Assembly: GCF_009914755.1 (NCBI RefSeq)
Contig: NC_060927.1
DNA from: the human T2T-CHM13v2.0 reference genome, Homo sapiens
DNA length: 64,000 bases
Strand: one strand, 5' to 3'
The position numbers and the translations under genes are program-made. Below the pieces are notes generated by a model. It ran no database searches, was not told the origin of the DNA, and saw only the letters and a program-made list of their open reading frames with translations. This document shows positions 25,800 to 41,415 of this stretch, piece after piece; the stretch's first letter is position 1; each line of letters starts with the position of its first letter.

Positions 25800-25986
25800 G
25801 TTTTATTTTTTCTTTCTTTCTTTCTTTTTTATTTTTTTGAAACAGGGTCTTACTCTGTAGCCCAGACCAGAGTGCAGTGGTGCAATCTTGGTTCACTGCA
25901 ACCTCTGCTTCCCAAGCTCTAGTGATCCTCCCACCTCAGACCCTGAGTAGTTGGGACTATAGGCACATGCCACCATGCCCGGCTAA
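25800..25986 (-). mobile_element. Alu monomer (AluJ right arm or FRAM)
   Basis: T-rich tail, acagggtcttactctgtagcccag...tgatcctcccacctcag; ends at ccatgcccggctaa. Confidence 0.85.
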
Positions 25987-25989
25987 AAC

Positions 25990-27020
<1,031 letters not shown>

Positions 27021-29009
27021 CCTCTTTTGAGTAAATAAAGTATATGCAATTAAGTATATAATACATCGTTATTACTATTTTGGCCCTATAAAAAATGATA
27101 AAAGTAAATTCTTTCAGGGAAAGGGTAACTATACCAGATGGAAGCCCACACCTTCAGGAAGAAATGAAATGCATCAGAAAGATATATATCTTTTAAAAAA
27201 TGAAAGATCTGCATTTTTTATTATGTAATCATTTATATCTATATTTGTTCAGATGACTATTGACCATTTAAGGAAATAATAATAATAATAATAATGTACT
27301 CTGAGTTTTGCTGCACATATAGAAATAAATTTAAAAACTACAAAGGATGCTTATCTTTATCTATGACAAGATCCTTCACTTTCTGCTACTCTATGAGGCA
27401 TGGAAATAGGAATGATTCTCTTTTATTCTAGTAAGAATTTTCATTTACTTTATTTTGTTCCTGGTAGATCATAAAAACTATGATTTTGTAGTTTATATGG
27501 CTTCTTCTATCTGTTAAAGAGTTTTGAGTTTCAATATTCTAACCAAAAACAGAAACCTATCATTCAATTTTAATACTTTTAAAATTACTATTTGATCCAT
27601 AACTTACCTTGAAATGTGTTTTTTAGTTTGTTCATATAGGGGGGTCTGATGTTTCTGATATTTATTTTTAAATTTATTGCACTGTATATAATATTATATG
27701 AATGTTTAAAAGTGTTTTTTTGTAGTTGACATTACTGAGAAATAGTACGTAGGCCTGGAGCTCCTACGTATTATTGTTTCCACAAAGATATAGTCTGCCT
27801 AAAATGAAGCCAACATAGAACTTAAAAGAAAGGAAGGTTTAATTATATTTTCCCCTAAGCCAAACTGCTCCTAATGTCTGACTTAAACTTTTCAGTTGTA
27901 AGACTATTATTTCTCATTTTTGTCTTACACTAGTCTGGGTTGAGTTTCTTTTGTTGTGTGCAACCTGACTAACATAGAAAACACGAGGAGTTCACTCTGA
28001 GATATATTGAGTTTGTGTTGTGATAGAACACAACCAGAAGATGTAAATTCAGAATAGGGTATCAAGAAAGGGTTCAGAGCCATAGTGACCTGGGGCTTGC
28101 TAGCCCTGACCCTGTGTTAAACTAGTGCTAACAGTCTTCATCCTCTGAAGTCAAAAGCCTCCCTTTTGTTATTTTAGACACGTAGAAATTAATCACTCTT
28201 CTATCTGCTTTCCTTACTCGGGAACTTTTGTTCCAAGCAAAACCTTACGTAAAATGTCTCTCTAAGCCAATATTCACCTTCGGAAGGCAATGATACATTA
28301 TTGGCTGCTTGATATAATCAAAAACAAGAGATAGTACTCTGGATTTGGTGGCTATTCTTTCAATTCCCTGGCTATTGCCAATATTTAACAAACAAAATTG
28401 GCTTGCCATAGTTACCAGGAAATGAGTGTCTATGCACATTCATTTCAGGTTGCATGGTACCATATACCTGAATATGCATATGCCAAAAGATGCCTTGGTG
28501 TTTGCAACCTGCAGCACTTACAGGAACAGCCCCACTATAAATGGTCATTTTTCATTATAGCCTGAATTTCTTTAAAAGACAGCCAGAGAAATGAAAGCTC
28601 TCTGCCAGAAGACTTTTTGTTTTCAATACGAATGTAAAGAGAATGAATCCATGAACAGGTCACTTCAGAGAAGTTTAAAATAAGCCAACCTTCCCTTGCA
28701 GTGGCCTTTCTGTACACCACCTCTTTTCTGTCCTGTTGGCTGCTGCCCTTTGCTCAGGCCATCATTTCCACTTATACTGTTAGTAGCTAATGTAGTTGCT
28801 TCCAGCTAGCATAACAAATCATTCAAACTGAAAAGAGGGTTTTTTCAATAACTCTCACCATTTTGCCAATGGTGAAAGTAAAGATATAAGAGATCAAGTT
28901 ATTTCCCCTAGATTATATAGATAATTTGTTTCAGGGCTCAGACTTTCCAGTACAGCATTTGATGGTTATATGGTATTTTGACTTTTTAAACACTACTGTT
29001 TGAATTCAG

Positions 29010-30100
29010 CTGAATTAGTCATGCTAGGCTAACTATTCTAATAACAACCCTACATTTCAATGGATTAACAGAATAGAAGTTTATTTCTTCATTATATAAA
29101 ATTCAAGGATGGTGACTTTTTATGTTGTCATCCAGGAACCTAGGTTCTTTTTATCTTGTATCTCTACTAGGCTCTATGTCCTCATAATCCACTCCTTTTG
29201 GTTAGAAAGGGGGAAAAGGGAGCATAGGATTATCTGTTGGAAGTTTATGAGGTATTCTGAAAGTGGTACACATACTTTTGCCCATTTTCCATTGGGCAGA
29301 ACGAAATCACACAGCCAAACCAACTTCAAGGGAGGCTGAACAACATGGTCGAGTCATGTGTCTAACAGAAAAAATGGATGTTTCAAACACCTGCATTTGC
29401 TCTAGATGCTTTGATTGACCTACTTTGATGTATATATACTTGACTGGCTTAGAAATATTAAAAATATTCACTGTTTTAAAAATGTGCAAGTATATATTAA
29501 AATAGATACCCTTAGCCTATACACGATACACAATCCATCTCTGAGTCTTATCTTGAATCAGTTAGAATCAAATTTAACCACAAATAACATGAGCCACAAA
29601 TAACATTGGCTTAAGCAAGATAGAAATTTATTTCACTCTCTCTTTCTTTTATGTAAAAAGAAGTTAAAATTAAACTTGGAATTGAAGTCAGAGCTGGTAA
29701 TACTCACCATCGTGGTAATCCAGACTCTTATCATCTTACTTCTAAACTTAGGGTCATTATACTGTAGAATTTAGGGAATAATTAAAAAAAAAAAAAAAAA
29801 AAACCCCGAGGTCATCTCATGATCCAAGCTAGTCACTACCATTCCCACCTTCTATTCACATTGCAGGCTGAAAAAAATAAAAGCAAAAAAAAGGAGGGGC
29901 TATGTAGATTTCCCAGCTGTCTCTCCTGCTTCCTTTATAGAAACTTTCATGAACTCCCTGTCCACAACTTTACATATATCTCACTGGCTAAACCCTATTC
30001 ACATTGTTATGGAAACTGAAGTGTTCAGTCTTTCGGCTGAGCACACATTATTGGTCCCAATGATACAGGGATTCTAATAATAAGAAAGTTAAAAATATAT
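29010..30100 (-). mobile_element. Two degenerate MLT1-type LTRs
   Basis: tggattaacagaatagaagtttatttct and ccattgggcagaac..atcacacagcc; second copy tggcttaagcaagatagaaatttatttc...tctcactggcta. Confidence 0.55.
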
Positions 30101-30894
30101 TTTCAGTGCATACAGAATTGTAAGTTGACCTTTTTTCTTTCCTTCTTTCACTCAGCACTTAGATACCATTCCTTTGTTCTCTAGTTTCCATTATTTCTGA
30201 AGATCAGTCTGTGATAATTCTTATCTTTGTTGCTTTGTATGTAAAGTCTCTTGTCTTCTGGCTGCTTAAAAATTTGTCTTTTTATGCTAGGTTTTTAGCA
30301 ATTTAATTTTGATGTTTCCTTTGATGGATTTCTTTGCGTTTATTTTGCTTTGGTGCTTATTAAAGGTATTTAATTTGTCTTTACCTATACAACTAACTGT
30401 TCCTTTCCTCCCACCAATATTTCAGCTTTATCCCCTTTATGATTATGACACTGAGGGCACATATCAGAGGTGGGATAAGACTGAAGTTTGCGGCAATGAT
30501 AAATACCTACTCTGGAGTAAAGTAAGGAGTTGAGCATATTATTTGGTAATCAAAGCAATTTGATTTTAATTTTGATAAACGCTGCTTCCCAAGGTTGGTC
30601 AAAGGAGCTATGATAACAGGTCCTACTAAAGAACTCATACTACTACAGAAAACTCCTCTCCTTTTTTTTCTTTTCCTTCTTCCTTTAGTATCTATCTATT
30701 GAGAACTTACATACCACAAGTTGCACCTGGGAGCTGGTGGTGAGCAAAATCTTCATGGTTCCTTCCTTTATGGACCTCACAGTCCTTGCCTTCCATATAT
30801 TCAATACCTTTTAACACCATTCCAGAAATAATTATCCTAAAGAGTATAATTGCATACATTTCCCTTAATGAAAAAGATAAGATTTAGAGATAAA

Positions 30895-31045
30895 GTCTGC
30901 ATAGTGGTTGAGAACACAGACCTAGATTTGGCTTCTAGCTTCATCATTTACTAGTTGAATGACCTTAAGAAAATTGCTTTTTTGCACCTCAATTTCTTCA
31001 CCATTAAAATGGGGATGATAATATTTATCTGATAGAGGTATTCTG
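30895..31045 (+). mobile_element. MIR
   Basis: gcatagtggttgagaacacagac...cctcaatttcttcaccattaaaatggggatgataata. Confidence 0.75.
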
Positions 31046-31292
31046 AATAGAGTTATAAGTGGAACAAAATACCTGGGCTTTATCTCAGCGCGTCACACTG
31101 TAGAAAAGCTAGACAACACACCCATCTCACTAAAATAGAAATAACTTAGCATAAATTAATCAAATTATCAAGAATACTGAGTTAAATGCAAAGCTATAAT
31201 GTGTCTTATATGATTGATAATATTCATCTATGAGACACATGAATGAATGCATTTTGAATACACGTCTCACTTCTTGCTTGCTATGTAGAATT

Positions 31293-31869
31293 TGTGGTAA
31301 GGATTAATGAGCGACAGACAATCCCATGATCCCTGATCTCATTGTTCATACCCTTAGGTAATCCCATCCCCTTGAGTCTGGGCAGGAACAGTGACTTTAT
31401 TCTAACAAACAGAATATAGCAGAGGTGATCTATGACATGGTTATATTACATTATATAAAACTCCAAGTTTCTAGTGGACTTGCACAACAGACTGTTATTG
31501 TAGGTTTAATAAAATAAGCAGCTACGATGATACTATGAACTGTGGGGACCTCTAGGAGCAATGGGCAATCTCCATCCTCTAGCCAACACAAAAAATGGGG
31601 TACTCAGCCCTATAAACACAAGGAAATAGATCTGGCCAACTACCTGAGTGAGCTTGGAAGTAAATTGTTTCCTAGTCATGCCTTCACTTGAGAACACTGC
31701 CCAGCCAACATCTTGAATCTGGCTTTGTGAAACCGTGAAACCCCAGATAAGCCATGACCAGATTCATGACCTATGGAAACTATGAGATAACATAGGAGAT
31801 AATGAATGTTTATTGTTTTAAATCACTAAATGTGTGGTAGTTTGCTATGCAGCAATACGTAACTAATGT
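31293..31869 (+). mobile_element. MLT1E/F/G-type MaLR LTR
   Basis: ccccttgagtctgggcagga, acctgagtgagcttggaag, tggtagtttgctatgcagcaata..taactaat. Confidence 0.8.
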
Positions 31870-32007
31870 TTGGCATGGAAAAAGCACATACAAGAATAAT
31901 AATTTTAAAAATTATTAAAAACACACAAAGTTCAAATTCTTAGTATGCCATTTAAGATTATTCCACTAGGTTCATTTTCCTAAGTCCTAAGCTTTAAACC
32001 TACTGGA

Positions 32008-32270
32008 ATGGGCAGATCACTTGAGTCCAGAAGTTCAAGACCAATCTGGCCAACATGGTGAAACCCCGTCTCTACAACAGATAGAAAAATTAGCCGGGTG
32101 TGGTGGCATGCACCTGTAGTCCCAGCTACTAGAGAGGCTGAGGTGGGAGGATCACCTGAGCCTGAGAAGGTCGAGGCTGCAGTGAGCTGTGACTGTGCCA
32201 CTGCACTCCAGCCTGGGTGACACAGTGAGACCCTGCCTCAAAACAAAACAAAACAAAAACAAAAACAATA
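32008..32270 (+). mobile_element. 5'-truncated AluJ
   Basis: gaggtgggaggatcacctgagcc, gtcgaggctgcagtgagc, gagaccctg, (CAAAA)n tail. Confidence 0.92.
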
Positions 32271-33183
32271 ACTAGAGCCCACAGATACCCCGGATCCCTG
32301 GTATCTGAGCAGTATGACCTTTCTCAGGGTGCCTTTCTCAGGGAAAGAGAGGGTTCTTTGCCCATCTGTCCCTCCCTCCAGAAACACTATCCAATTCCTA
32401 GAGTACTTGCCAGAATCGAAGTCATAACCAGGAGGTGGCAGGTTGGGGAGCTGAGCCCAGCCTGTTGTCTAGTAAGGTACTTTGTCTTCATCACCACTTA
32501 ACTGCTGCCAGATAAGTCAGTGACCAGAAGAGTCCTTGGCCAGCCCCGTCCCATGACCTTGGCCCTGCCGCAGAGAGGGATCCCTAGCACCACCATAGAT
32601 ACAGAGAGGATGCAGCAACTCCCCCTCCCCTCCAGAAGCCCAGGTAGCTGTACACCTACCTGTCCCGTGTTTATCTCAGTTGCTTGTCGGGGGCAGAGTC
32701 CTCATCTGCCATGTGGACATCTGAGACCAGCTTTCTGAGTACCTCAGCCAGTCCCACAGGCCTGCAGGCCCCAGGTGCAGAAAGCCAGCTAGCCCACAGC
32801 TCTCACATCCCATAGGGGTTATGGGGTTTTTACACTTAGAGAAACAAACCCCTTTCTCCTTTGAGCCTCCTTTTCCTCTGAGCTGTGGATAGTTTTGACC
32901 CTGTAAATATGGTCAAGCTCTTCTGACACTGAGATGATTTTATCAATTGTCTGTCCCCTTACCTGTAATATATACCTGTAATATAAACATAAAATTCTCC
33001 GTGAGTGGTTTCCAGATTCAGGCTCCAATGGACCACATAAAAGTATTTTGTTTTGAAAAACAAAAACAAACAACAACAACAAAATACAGAAAGCCATACT
33101 GAATTATTTGCTATTTCTGAAATATTTCCAGATATCTTGACTTTGTCCATGGCTGTTTTATTTACCTGAAATGCTTCACTCTC

Positions 33184-33559
<376 letters not shown>

Positions 33560-35850
33560 TAAGTATACTGGCTGTAATTAATTTTTTTTTCTGTGTTCGC
33601 ATAGTATCTAGTTTTCACTGTTACCATAACTCATCACATTGTCATATCATGAGTTGAATTACACTTACTGTAGTTTATATTTAACTACTTTTAAAAATAA
33701 AATATTATTTCAATTATATATGACATAATTTTAAACAGATTTAGTAACTTAAGGATTCTCTGAAGATAACTAAGTCTCTCCTTGAAGGACTAAGGTTTAA
33801 GCTCAGTTTTTCAGATTTCTGATCAAACACTCCTGCTCTGGCTTCTCTCTAAAATTACATTTGGATGTATGGCAAGGAAAAAGAAGTAGCTTTAGTAATA
33901 TAATGACTATAAGAGCGGCACGACTCAATGTAATATACCATGTATTCATGCTGATGTGATCAGTGAAGCAAAATGGCCTGTGCTTCTCTTTGCACTGGTG
34001 ATAATTAAAGTATGACTGGTCCTGTCTGTTTTTGACGAGGAAATATGCTGGTCTCTGAAGATTGCCTCTTCCCATTTAATTTCTTCCTGATAACCTCTAG
34101 AACCCCTTCCCAAAGTAGGTAGATTCTTCCTACAGAAGTTAAAGAAGTAGGAGTGTTGCTTAGGATATTTTTTGTTTACACTGTTGGACACCATCTCCTT
34201 GTCATTGCTCCTGTGCCAATCACTACAATACTGACGGTGGTGCTCAGCTGAAGGCTTCAGTTTTTCTAGGGGCTTTTGTCTCCTCCATGATCTTTACAAG
34301 TTATATCCCAGAAGCTCTTCTGTTCTTAGGCTCCACCATACAGTGGGGTGTTTCTAAAACCTCTAGTAATTGCCACTAAGTTTCAGATTCCAATAGTTAA
34401 GTGGAAAAATAAGAACACTGATATCTCACATTGTACCCCTTCTGCTATCTCACTTCTTTTTCTCAAAGTACCTTTGGTTAAAAGATTTTCTCCTTCATCT
34501 ACTATCTTTCTTCTAAGTAGAGCACTGAGCTTCACCCCATAGGCAAATAGCTAACTTTCTCAGTACTAGAAAATGAAATCCTCTGAGCCTGGTGTTTGTG
34601 AGAGTAAATTGAATTTTGAAAGTTTAGATTTATTTTCAAGGAAAACATTTACCTCAAAATTCTGTTTTGGAGAATTTTTCTTCCAGGTCCAAAGAAATAA
34701 CTAGTATGATATTTGCCCTTCTACCATACACAACTATAAACTAGAGAAAATGCATGAAGAAAATATTTTCAGATATTAAACCTCAGACAGCACAGGAGTA
34801 TGACCCCGAGAGAAAGGAAAACAATTTGGTGAGCCTACAATATGCCCCACATTTATGCCTATGGGCACTTTCTTGACCATGGTTTAGGGAAAGAAGATCC
34901 AATCAGAGAACAGTCTTTCTGAATTAAGGAGACAGAAATTGGAATTCTGGAAAATTGAGGTATCTACAATTTGTGGAGCAGATTACTTGAGGTGTTAGAA
35001 CAAGGCAGAAAATCCTTCAAGAAATATTCAGGAGGATTCCCTCAAGTCTGTGCTTTACATTTGTAGGTGCAACTCCATGAAGCTTGAAAAACAATGACTG
35101 CAAAAACTCACAGAGGTCAAGGATAAGTTCAGCTTCTACCTGACCAAAGCAGAGAATTTGCTGAACACATTGGCCATTCGTTAGAGACTGCAGAAAGTCA
35201 TGCCTTAGTAGTAAGGCTAAAGTAGTACTAGAAAAAAGCTCCTTACAATTTTCCTAACAAGGTTTTAAAACAATTATTGAAAAGTTCAAGCTGATTCATA
35301 AGTAACTTAACTGCATGTCAAACCAAACTTTAAACTCTTTAAAGTTTTAAGAAGTTCAATCAGCCCACCTAGCACTCCGATCTTGATTTCTAAATAACTT
35401 TCTCCACTTTCTGTTTTAGTTCCAGCATGTAAAGAGCTTGGAAGTCACCGTTCTATCCTTAAAAAGGAGAAAGCTACATAAATGGAAAATCAGTGACTTT
35501 CCTTGGGCCCTTCAGAGAACTGAGATTACAGACAAACCACCACCCTGATATGTGGGAAGATAGGTAGGTACATACATACATGAAGACATAGCTGAGATCT
35601 GCTTATCTGGAACAGAAATCCCTGGAGCCAAAAACCTTTAGAAACACTTAAATAGCAATTTTAATCAACTGTCGAAGGCTGACTGTAGACTAGCATGAAA
35701 GTAAGAAACTCCGGAGTCTTGCAGTCTTATGGAGACCCAAAGACTTTTGTGGGCTTTACATCCAGGAAGCCAAACAGATCCTCATAGTAAAGGTCCAAAA
35801 ATAAGTCTGTCTGGGGTAGAAATTGTATTAGTTTCTTAGGGTGTAGTAAT

Positions 35851-36232
35851 TGTGTTAGTGTCTTAGGGTATCATTAAAAAGTACCACAAATTGTGTGGCT
35901 CAAAACAACAGAAATTTATTCTCTCATATTTCTGAAGTCTGGAAGTCTGAAATCAAGGTGTCAGCAAGACCATTCCTTCCTGAAACCCATAAGGGAGAAT
36001 CCTTCCTTGATTCATCTTATCTTCTGGTGGTGGCCATCTGCCTTTGGTGTTCCTTAGCTTGTGGCTAATCTTTCCAATTTGTGCCTCTCCATCACATGGC
36101 ATGGGACTAAGGCCCACCTTAATTACCTCATCTTAACTTGAGTAAATCTGCAAGGATCCTGTTTCCAAATAGGTAATTCTAGTTAGAAACTCAATATATC
36201 TTTTTAAGGGGGACATAATTCAATTCATAACA
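35851..36232 (-). mobile_element. MLT1C-type MaLR LTR inserted in the L1 5'UTR
   Basis: gtaccacaaattgtgtggctcaaaacaacagaaatttattctctca, tctgaaatcaaggtgtcagca, ggggggacataattcaattcataaca. Confidence 0.85.
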
Positions 36233-39200
36233 ACAATCATTGAGAAATACATTCAGAACCTTAATAACAAATGCACTATTTAGGAGAAAGGATGTTTCCA
36301 GGGTCTTATCCCAGCCCTGGTAAATAAATTCCTTCCACTCCAGTGCCTTCCAGCCTTCTTGTCTTACCTAAGAGTAAAAAATAATAAAGTATATCCAACA
36401 GGAGTTAGGGCTTTGAGACAGTAGGTTGGAAATGTTGCAGCCAGAGAAAAGAGTATGAAGTAAGGTGAAAAAAAGCTATACTCGTGGAGTAACATTTGTG
36501 CAGGTGAAAGTCTTGAGACACCGGCTGACTAAAAGACTAAGATTTAATCAGAGGATTACAGAACCCTTCCCCTCCCACACACCTTACTTCCATGTCAACA
36601 GGGCCCCATCCAGTATAACAGTGGTTTACAACTGAAAAAACTGCAAGACACAGATACTCTTTGAAGAGGAGTAGTTGGAAACTCACAGTCAGGAGGGGAG
36701 ACAAAAATGAGGACAGTAAAGAAACTGGAATCTTCTGGAACTTACAGAACAGCAACTATTAAACACAGCCCAACTTCTAGCCAGCTTAACACAAACCCTC
36801 ACACTAATGGTCTAACTATCTCAGACTCCATCACTCAATAAAATATATCCAGCTTTCAGAGCATGCCAAAAGGCAAGGCAAAAAATACAGTCTGAAGAAA
36901 CAAATTATCCCCAGTATGACACATATATCAAAATTATTACATAAAGGACATTAAGAAGCTTTGATTAATATGTTAAGGACTCTAAGGAAAAAGCAGATAA
37001 TGTGCAAGAATAGATGGATAATGTAAGCAGAGAAATGAAAACACTATGAATCAAAGGGAATTTCTGGAAATAAAAAACACTGCAGCAGAAATAAAGGATG
37101 CCTTTGATGGGTCATCAGAAAAACTTGACATTTCACAAGAATCAGTGAGCTTCAAGATAGGCAAATAGAAACTTTCCAAACTAAAATTTAAAAGGAAAAA
37201 GAGCAAGAAAGCAAAGCAAAGAAAAGAAAGATCAAATGAACATGTAAGAATTATTAGACATTCTCTGGAACACCAGAAGGATAAGAGAAAACAAAATATT
37301 TGTAGTAATAATGGCTGAGAACTTTCCTAAATTAATCACAGGTCCACCAAAGCACAGGAACATCAGAGAATACCAAACAGGAAAAATAAACAAACAAACA
37401 AAAATACATCTATAAACACACTAAAAATATTGTATGTAAGCTTCACAAACCAAAAAACAGGGAAAATCTTGAAAGAAACTTGAACAAAAAAGTTCCTATA
37501 TAAAGGAACAAGAATAATCATTTTAGTAAACTTGCTATTGGAAACCATGCAAGCAAGAAGAGAGTGGAATAATATTTTTAGTATTGAAAAAATACCAGGC
37601 CAGAATTCTATATATGGAAAAATTATACTTTAAATATGAGAGAGAAATAAAGACTTTTGCAGACAAACAAAAACTGAGAATTTATCACCACCATATCTTC
37701 CCTGAAAGGAATATTAAAAGAAATTCTTTAGGCCATGGGAAAATGGTATAAGTCATTGTATCTTGGATCTACATTAAAAAGGTGCAGTGGCTCCTTAGTG
37801 AATTGCTCATTCTGGGTCTGAGAAGGGTAAACACAAAGTGAACATGGTGCATCTTGTAGTGCCGGGAAGTGAGGAGGTGCTCCTAATACAGACAAACAAC
37901 AACCACAAAAAATGGGGCGCGTCAAAGAAACACAGGAGCCAGCCTCAAAGAGCACCCCCCACCCACCGCCATGGTCAAACCTGGAGGAATTTGAACAACA
38001 GAACAGACAATGTAGCATTAGATTATTACTGAAAATATAAAATAAATATGATGAGTCCATACTGGTATGTAAAAATAACGAAATCAACAGAAAATGGGAG
38101 AGAAGGAACAAATCTTCTTTACAGAGGTATTCCATATACTCTATGTATATACTTCTCTTTCCAGGAACTGGAGCTTAATTTCCCCTCTTCTTGAGTGTGA
38201 GCTGGACTTAGGAATTTGCTTTCAAATAATGAAGTATATAAAAAAAATGGTAACTTTATGTATTTCACACCTAACAGACACTAACTTAAGCAAGTGACTA
38301 AAATCAACATCATCAATAATAAGTTATGTTGTTATTATTTACCTCTGATACAATATAATCAGAAGCATACGTCACCTCTGTGGCATTCTTCCCAAAACTT
38401 TTAAAATGTATAACCATTTTTAAAAAAGACAAATCCCTATTGATGGACATTTTGAAAAATATTTCACCAATACTCTTTTAAAACTGTCAAGATCATGAAA
38501 AGCAACGTAGCGTGAGACAGTCTCAGTTACCAGAAGGGACAAAAGGGACATGATCAATAAATGCAAGTTAATGTCCTGGGTTGAATTCTGAAAAAATAAT
38601 TGGTAAAATCTGAATAAAATCTGGAGTTTAGTTAATAGTAATGTGACAATGACAGTTTTTAAATTTTGACAAATGCGACACAGTTATGTAAGATGTGAAT
38701 GTTAGGGGGAAGCAGGTGAAAGGTGTGTAGCAACATTTTTAAACTACTTTTATAATGTCAAAAAAATTATTTACAAAAATAAAAGGATGAAAACAAGATA
38801 CACAACAAAAAGGTCATAAAAAATTTTATGTGACTATATTAATATTCAATATATTGAAGTTAAGAGAATGTTCACTGAGATAAAGTGGTGAAAATGCAAT
38901 ACATGAAAGAGATATAAAAATCTGAATATATAGTCACCCAATAACAGAGTAACAGAGCTTCAACACAAGGAGCAAAAATGAATAGAACTAATACAAAAAG
39001 AAAGTACTACTAGTAGTTAGTAGAAAGTTCATTTTCTTACACAAGTCCACAATGACATCAGGTAATTTCGACTTCCTGTATTAATGACTAATAATAAATT
39101 CATGAGCATATCGTATTGAATGACAATACTGTAAATCTACTTGACCTAATTTGTATCATTAAACACTTTTCCCAACAATATAATAAATTTTCTCCCTACC

Positions 39201-39276
39201 TCACATGGAACACTCATCATGTTATGTTGGACCGTAAACTAAATCTCAATAAATATAAAAGGATTACAACTATATA

Positions 39277-39581
<305 letters not shown>

Positions 39582-40309
39582 ACAACTATATGAAGTATTT
39601 TTTCTGACTACAATATAACTAAATTAGAAATCAATAACAAAAAAGGATATCTTGACTATCTGCAAATGTTTGGAAATTAAATAACATCTATAAATAAATC
39701 ATTTATCAAAAGGAAATCAATGGAATTTTAGAAAATATTTTAAACTGCATGAAAATGAAAACACAGAATAACAATATGTATGGGATTTAACCACAATGCA
39801 CTTACAGGAAAATTTCCAGATTAAAGCACTTAAGTTGTAAAGGAAGCAAACTCTAAAGACAATATCTAAGTTTGCACAAGAAATTGAAAATATAATAATG
39901 ATAAAACCATAATTAAGTAGTTGGAAGAAAATAATACAAATTTGAAAATAGTGACATAGAAAACAAACAATAGGAAAAAGCCAATGAAAGCATGAGCTCT
40001 TCAAAAGAGTTAATAAAATTGATCACCCTGTAGCACTACTGATCAATAGAAGGAAAAGTCACAGATTATAAATATAAAGATAAAATAGAGTACAATACGG
40101 AGGATGATAAAAGTATAAGAGGAGAATATAGTGAAAAACTTTAGTTCAGTAAGTGTAACAGGTTAGATGAAATGCAGAAATTCCAGTTAAAAAGACTGAC
40201 AATAGAAGGTGTTGGTGAAGATTTGGAATAAGTGGAATTGTTTTATATGTTTTGCTGGTGAGAATGCACAATGGTATAGCCACTTTTAAGATACACCATG
40301 GTAGTATCT

Positions 40310-41255
40310 TACGAAGTGAACACTCATTCCCCTGGGTGTTAAGAGTGTTGTCAGCTAACTGCTCTCAGCTCAGTTCCTCTCCTGGGACTGCCTGGGGACT
40401 AAAGAGAGCAGCCTCACCACCCTCCCTCCTCTTTCTTAGAATAAAGACACATGCACACATATGTTTATTGCGGCACTGTTTACAATAGCAAAGACTTGGA
40501 ACCAACCCAAATGCCTATCAATGATAGACTGAATAAAGAAAATGTGGCACATATACACCATGGAATACTATCGTTCATGTCCTTTGCAGGGACATGGATG
40601 AAGCTGGACACCATCATTTTCAGCAAACTATCACAAGAACAGAAAACCAAACACCACATGTTCTCACTCATAAGTGGGAGTTAAACAATGAGACACATGG
40701 ACACAGGGAGGGCCTGTTGGTGGGTGGAGAACTAGGGGAGGGATAGCATTAGGAGAAATACCTAATGTAGATGATGGGTTGACGGGTGCAGCACACCACC
40801 ATGGCACATGTATACCTATGTAACAAGCCTGCACGTTCTGCACATGTACCTCAGAACTTAAAGTATAATGATTTTTAAAAAAAGTGAATGTAAAGATGTA
40901 AACCCTTAAAAAAACAAACAAACAAACAAACAAACAAACAACAACAAAAAAGAAAGAGACCTCATCAAATGACTTCAAAGTCGAGGTATAAGTGTTTAGC
41001 CCGCTCACACTAATTTAGGACACCTCTGAAGTATCAACAAGTTCCAAGCCTTCTGTAAGATTGACTGAAGCCTTTGTTATGGCTACATTGCATTTTACCC
41101 CTCTTCTGCGCAATCAGGTTTTCTTTGCTCCCCCACAGGGGCTGTTCCCAGAAAAACTTCCCATTTGGCTTTCTTTTATAAATCTTCATCTCATTGAAAA
41201 ACACATCTCCACTTAAAAAAATTCTATCTCAGACTATTTTGTTGGGAACTTCAAT
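40310..41255 (+). mobile_element. LTR16-like ERVL LTR split by an L1PA insertion
   Basis: ctaactgctctcagctcag...ctaaagagagcagcctc before the L1; ctgaagcctttgtt and tctatctcagactattttgttgggaac after it. Confidence 0.55.
40441..40955 (+). mobile_element. 5'-truncated L1PA (about PA7) 3' end with an A/(CAAA)n tail
   Basis: aaagacacatgcacac...ctaatgtagatgatgggttg...gaacttaaagtataat; carries two small internal deletions. Confidence 0.93.
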
Positions 41256-41415
41256 TTTGAAAGTGGCTCAAACTTGTTTATTTACACTACTCCTGCTTAG
41301 TTGATCTCTCGTAGGAAACTAGTATGCCCAAAGTCTGTATATGTTCCTCCACTCTGCCGCATTACAATTGTAGCCTCACATATGGTTACAGTTCTCTTAC
41401 ATGCGGCACTTAATT

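Noticed and set aside
32959-33150. Peptide KYFYVVHWSLNLETTHGEFYVYITG as a possible coding exon
   Set aside because: No convincing in-frame acceptor and no family I can recognise.
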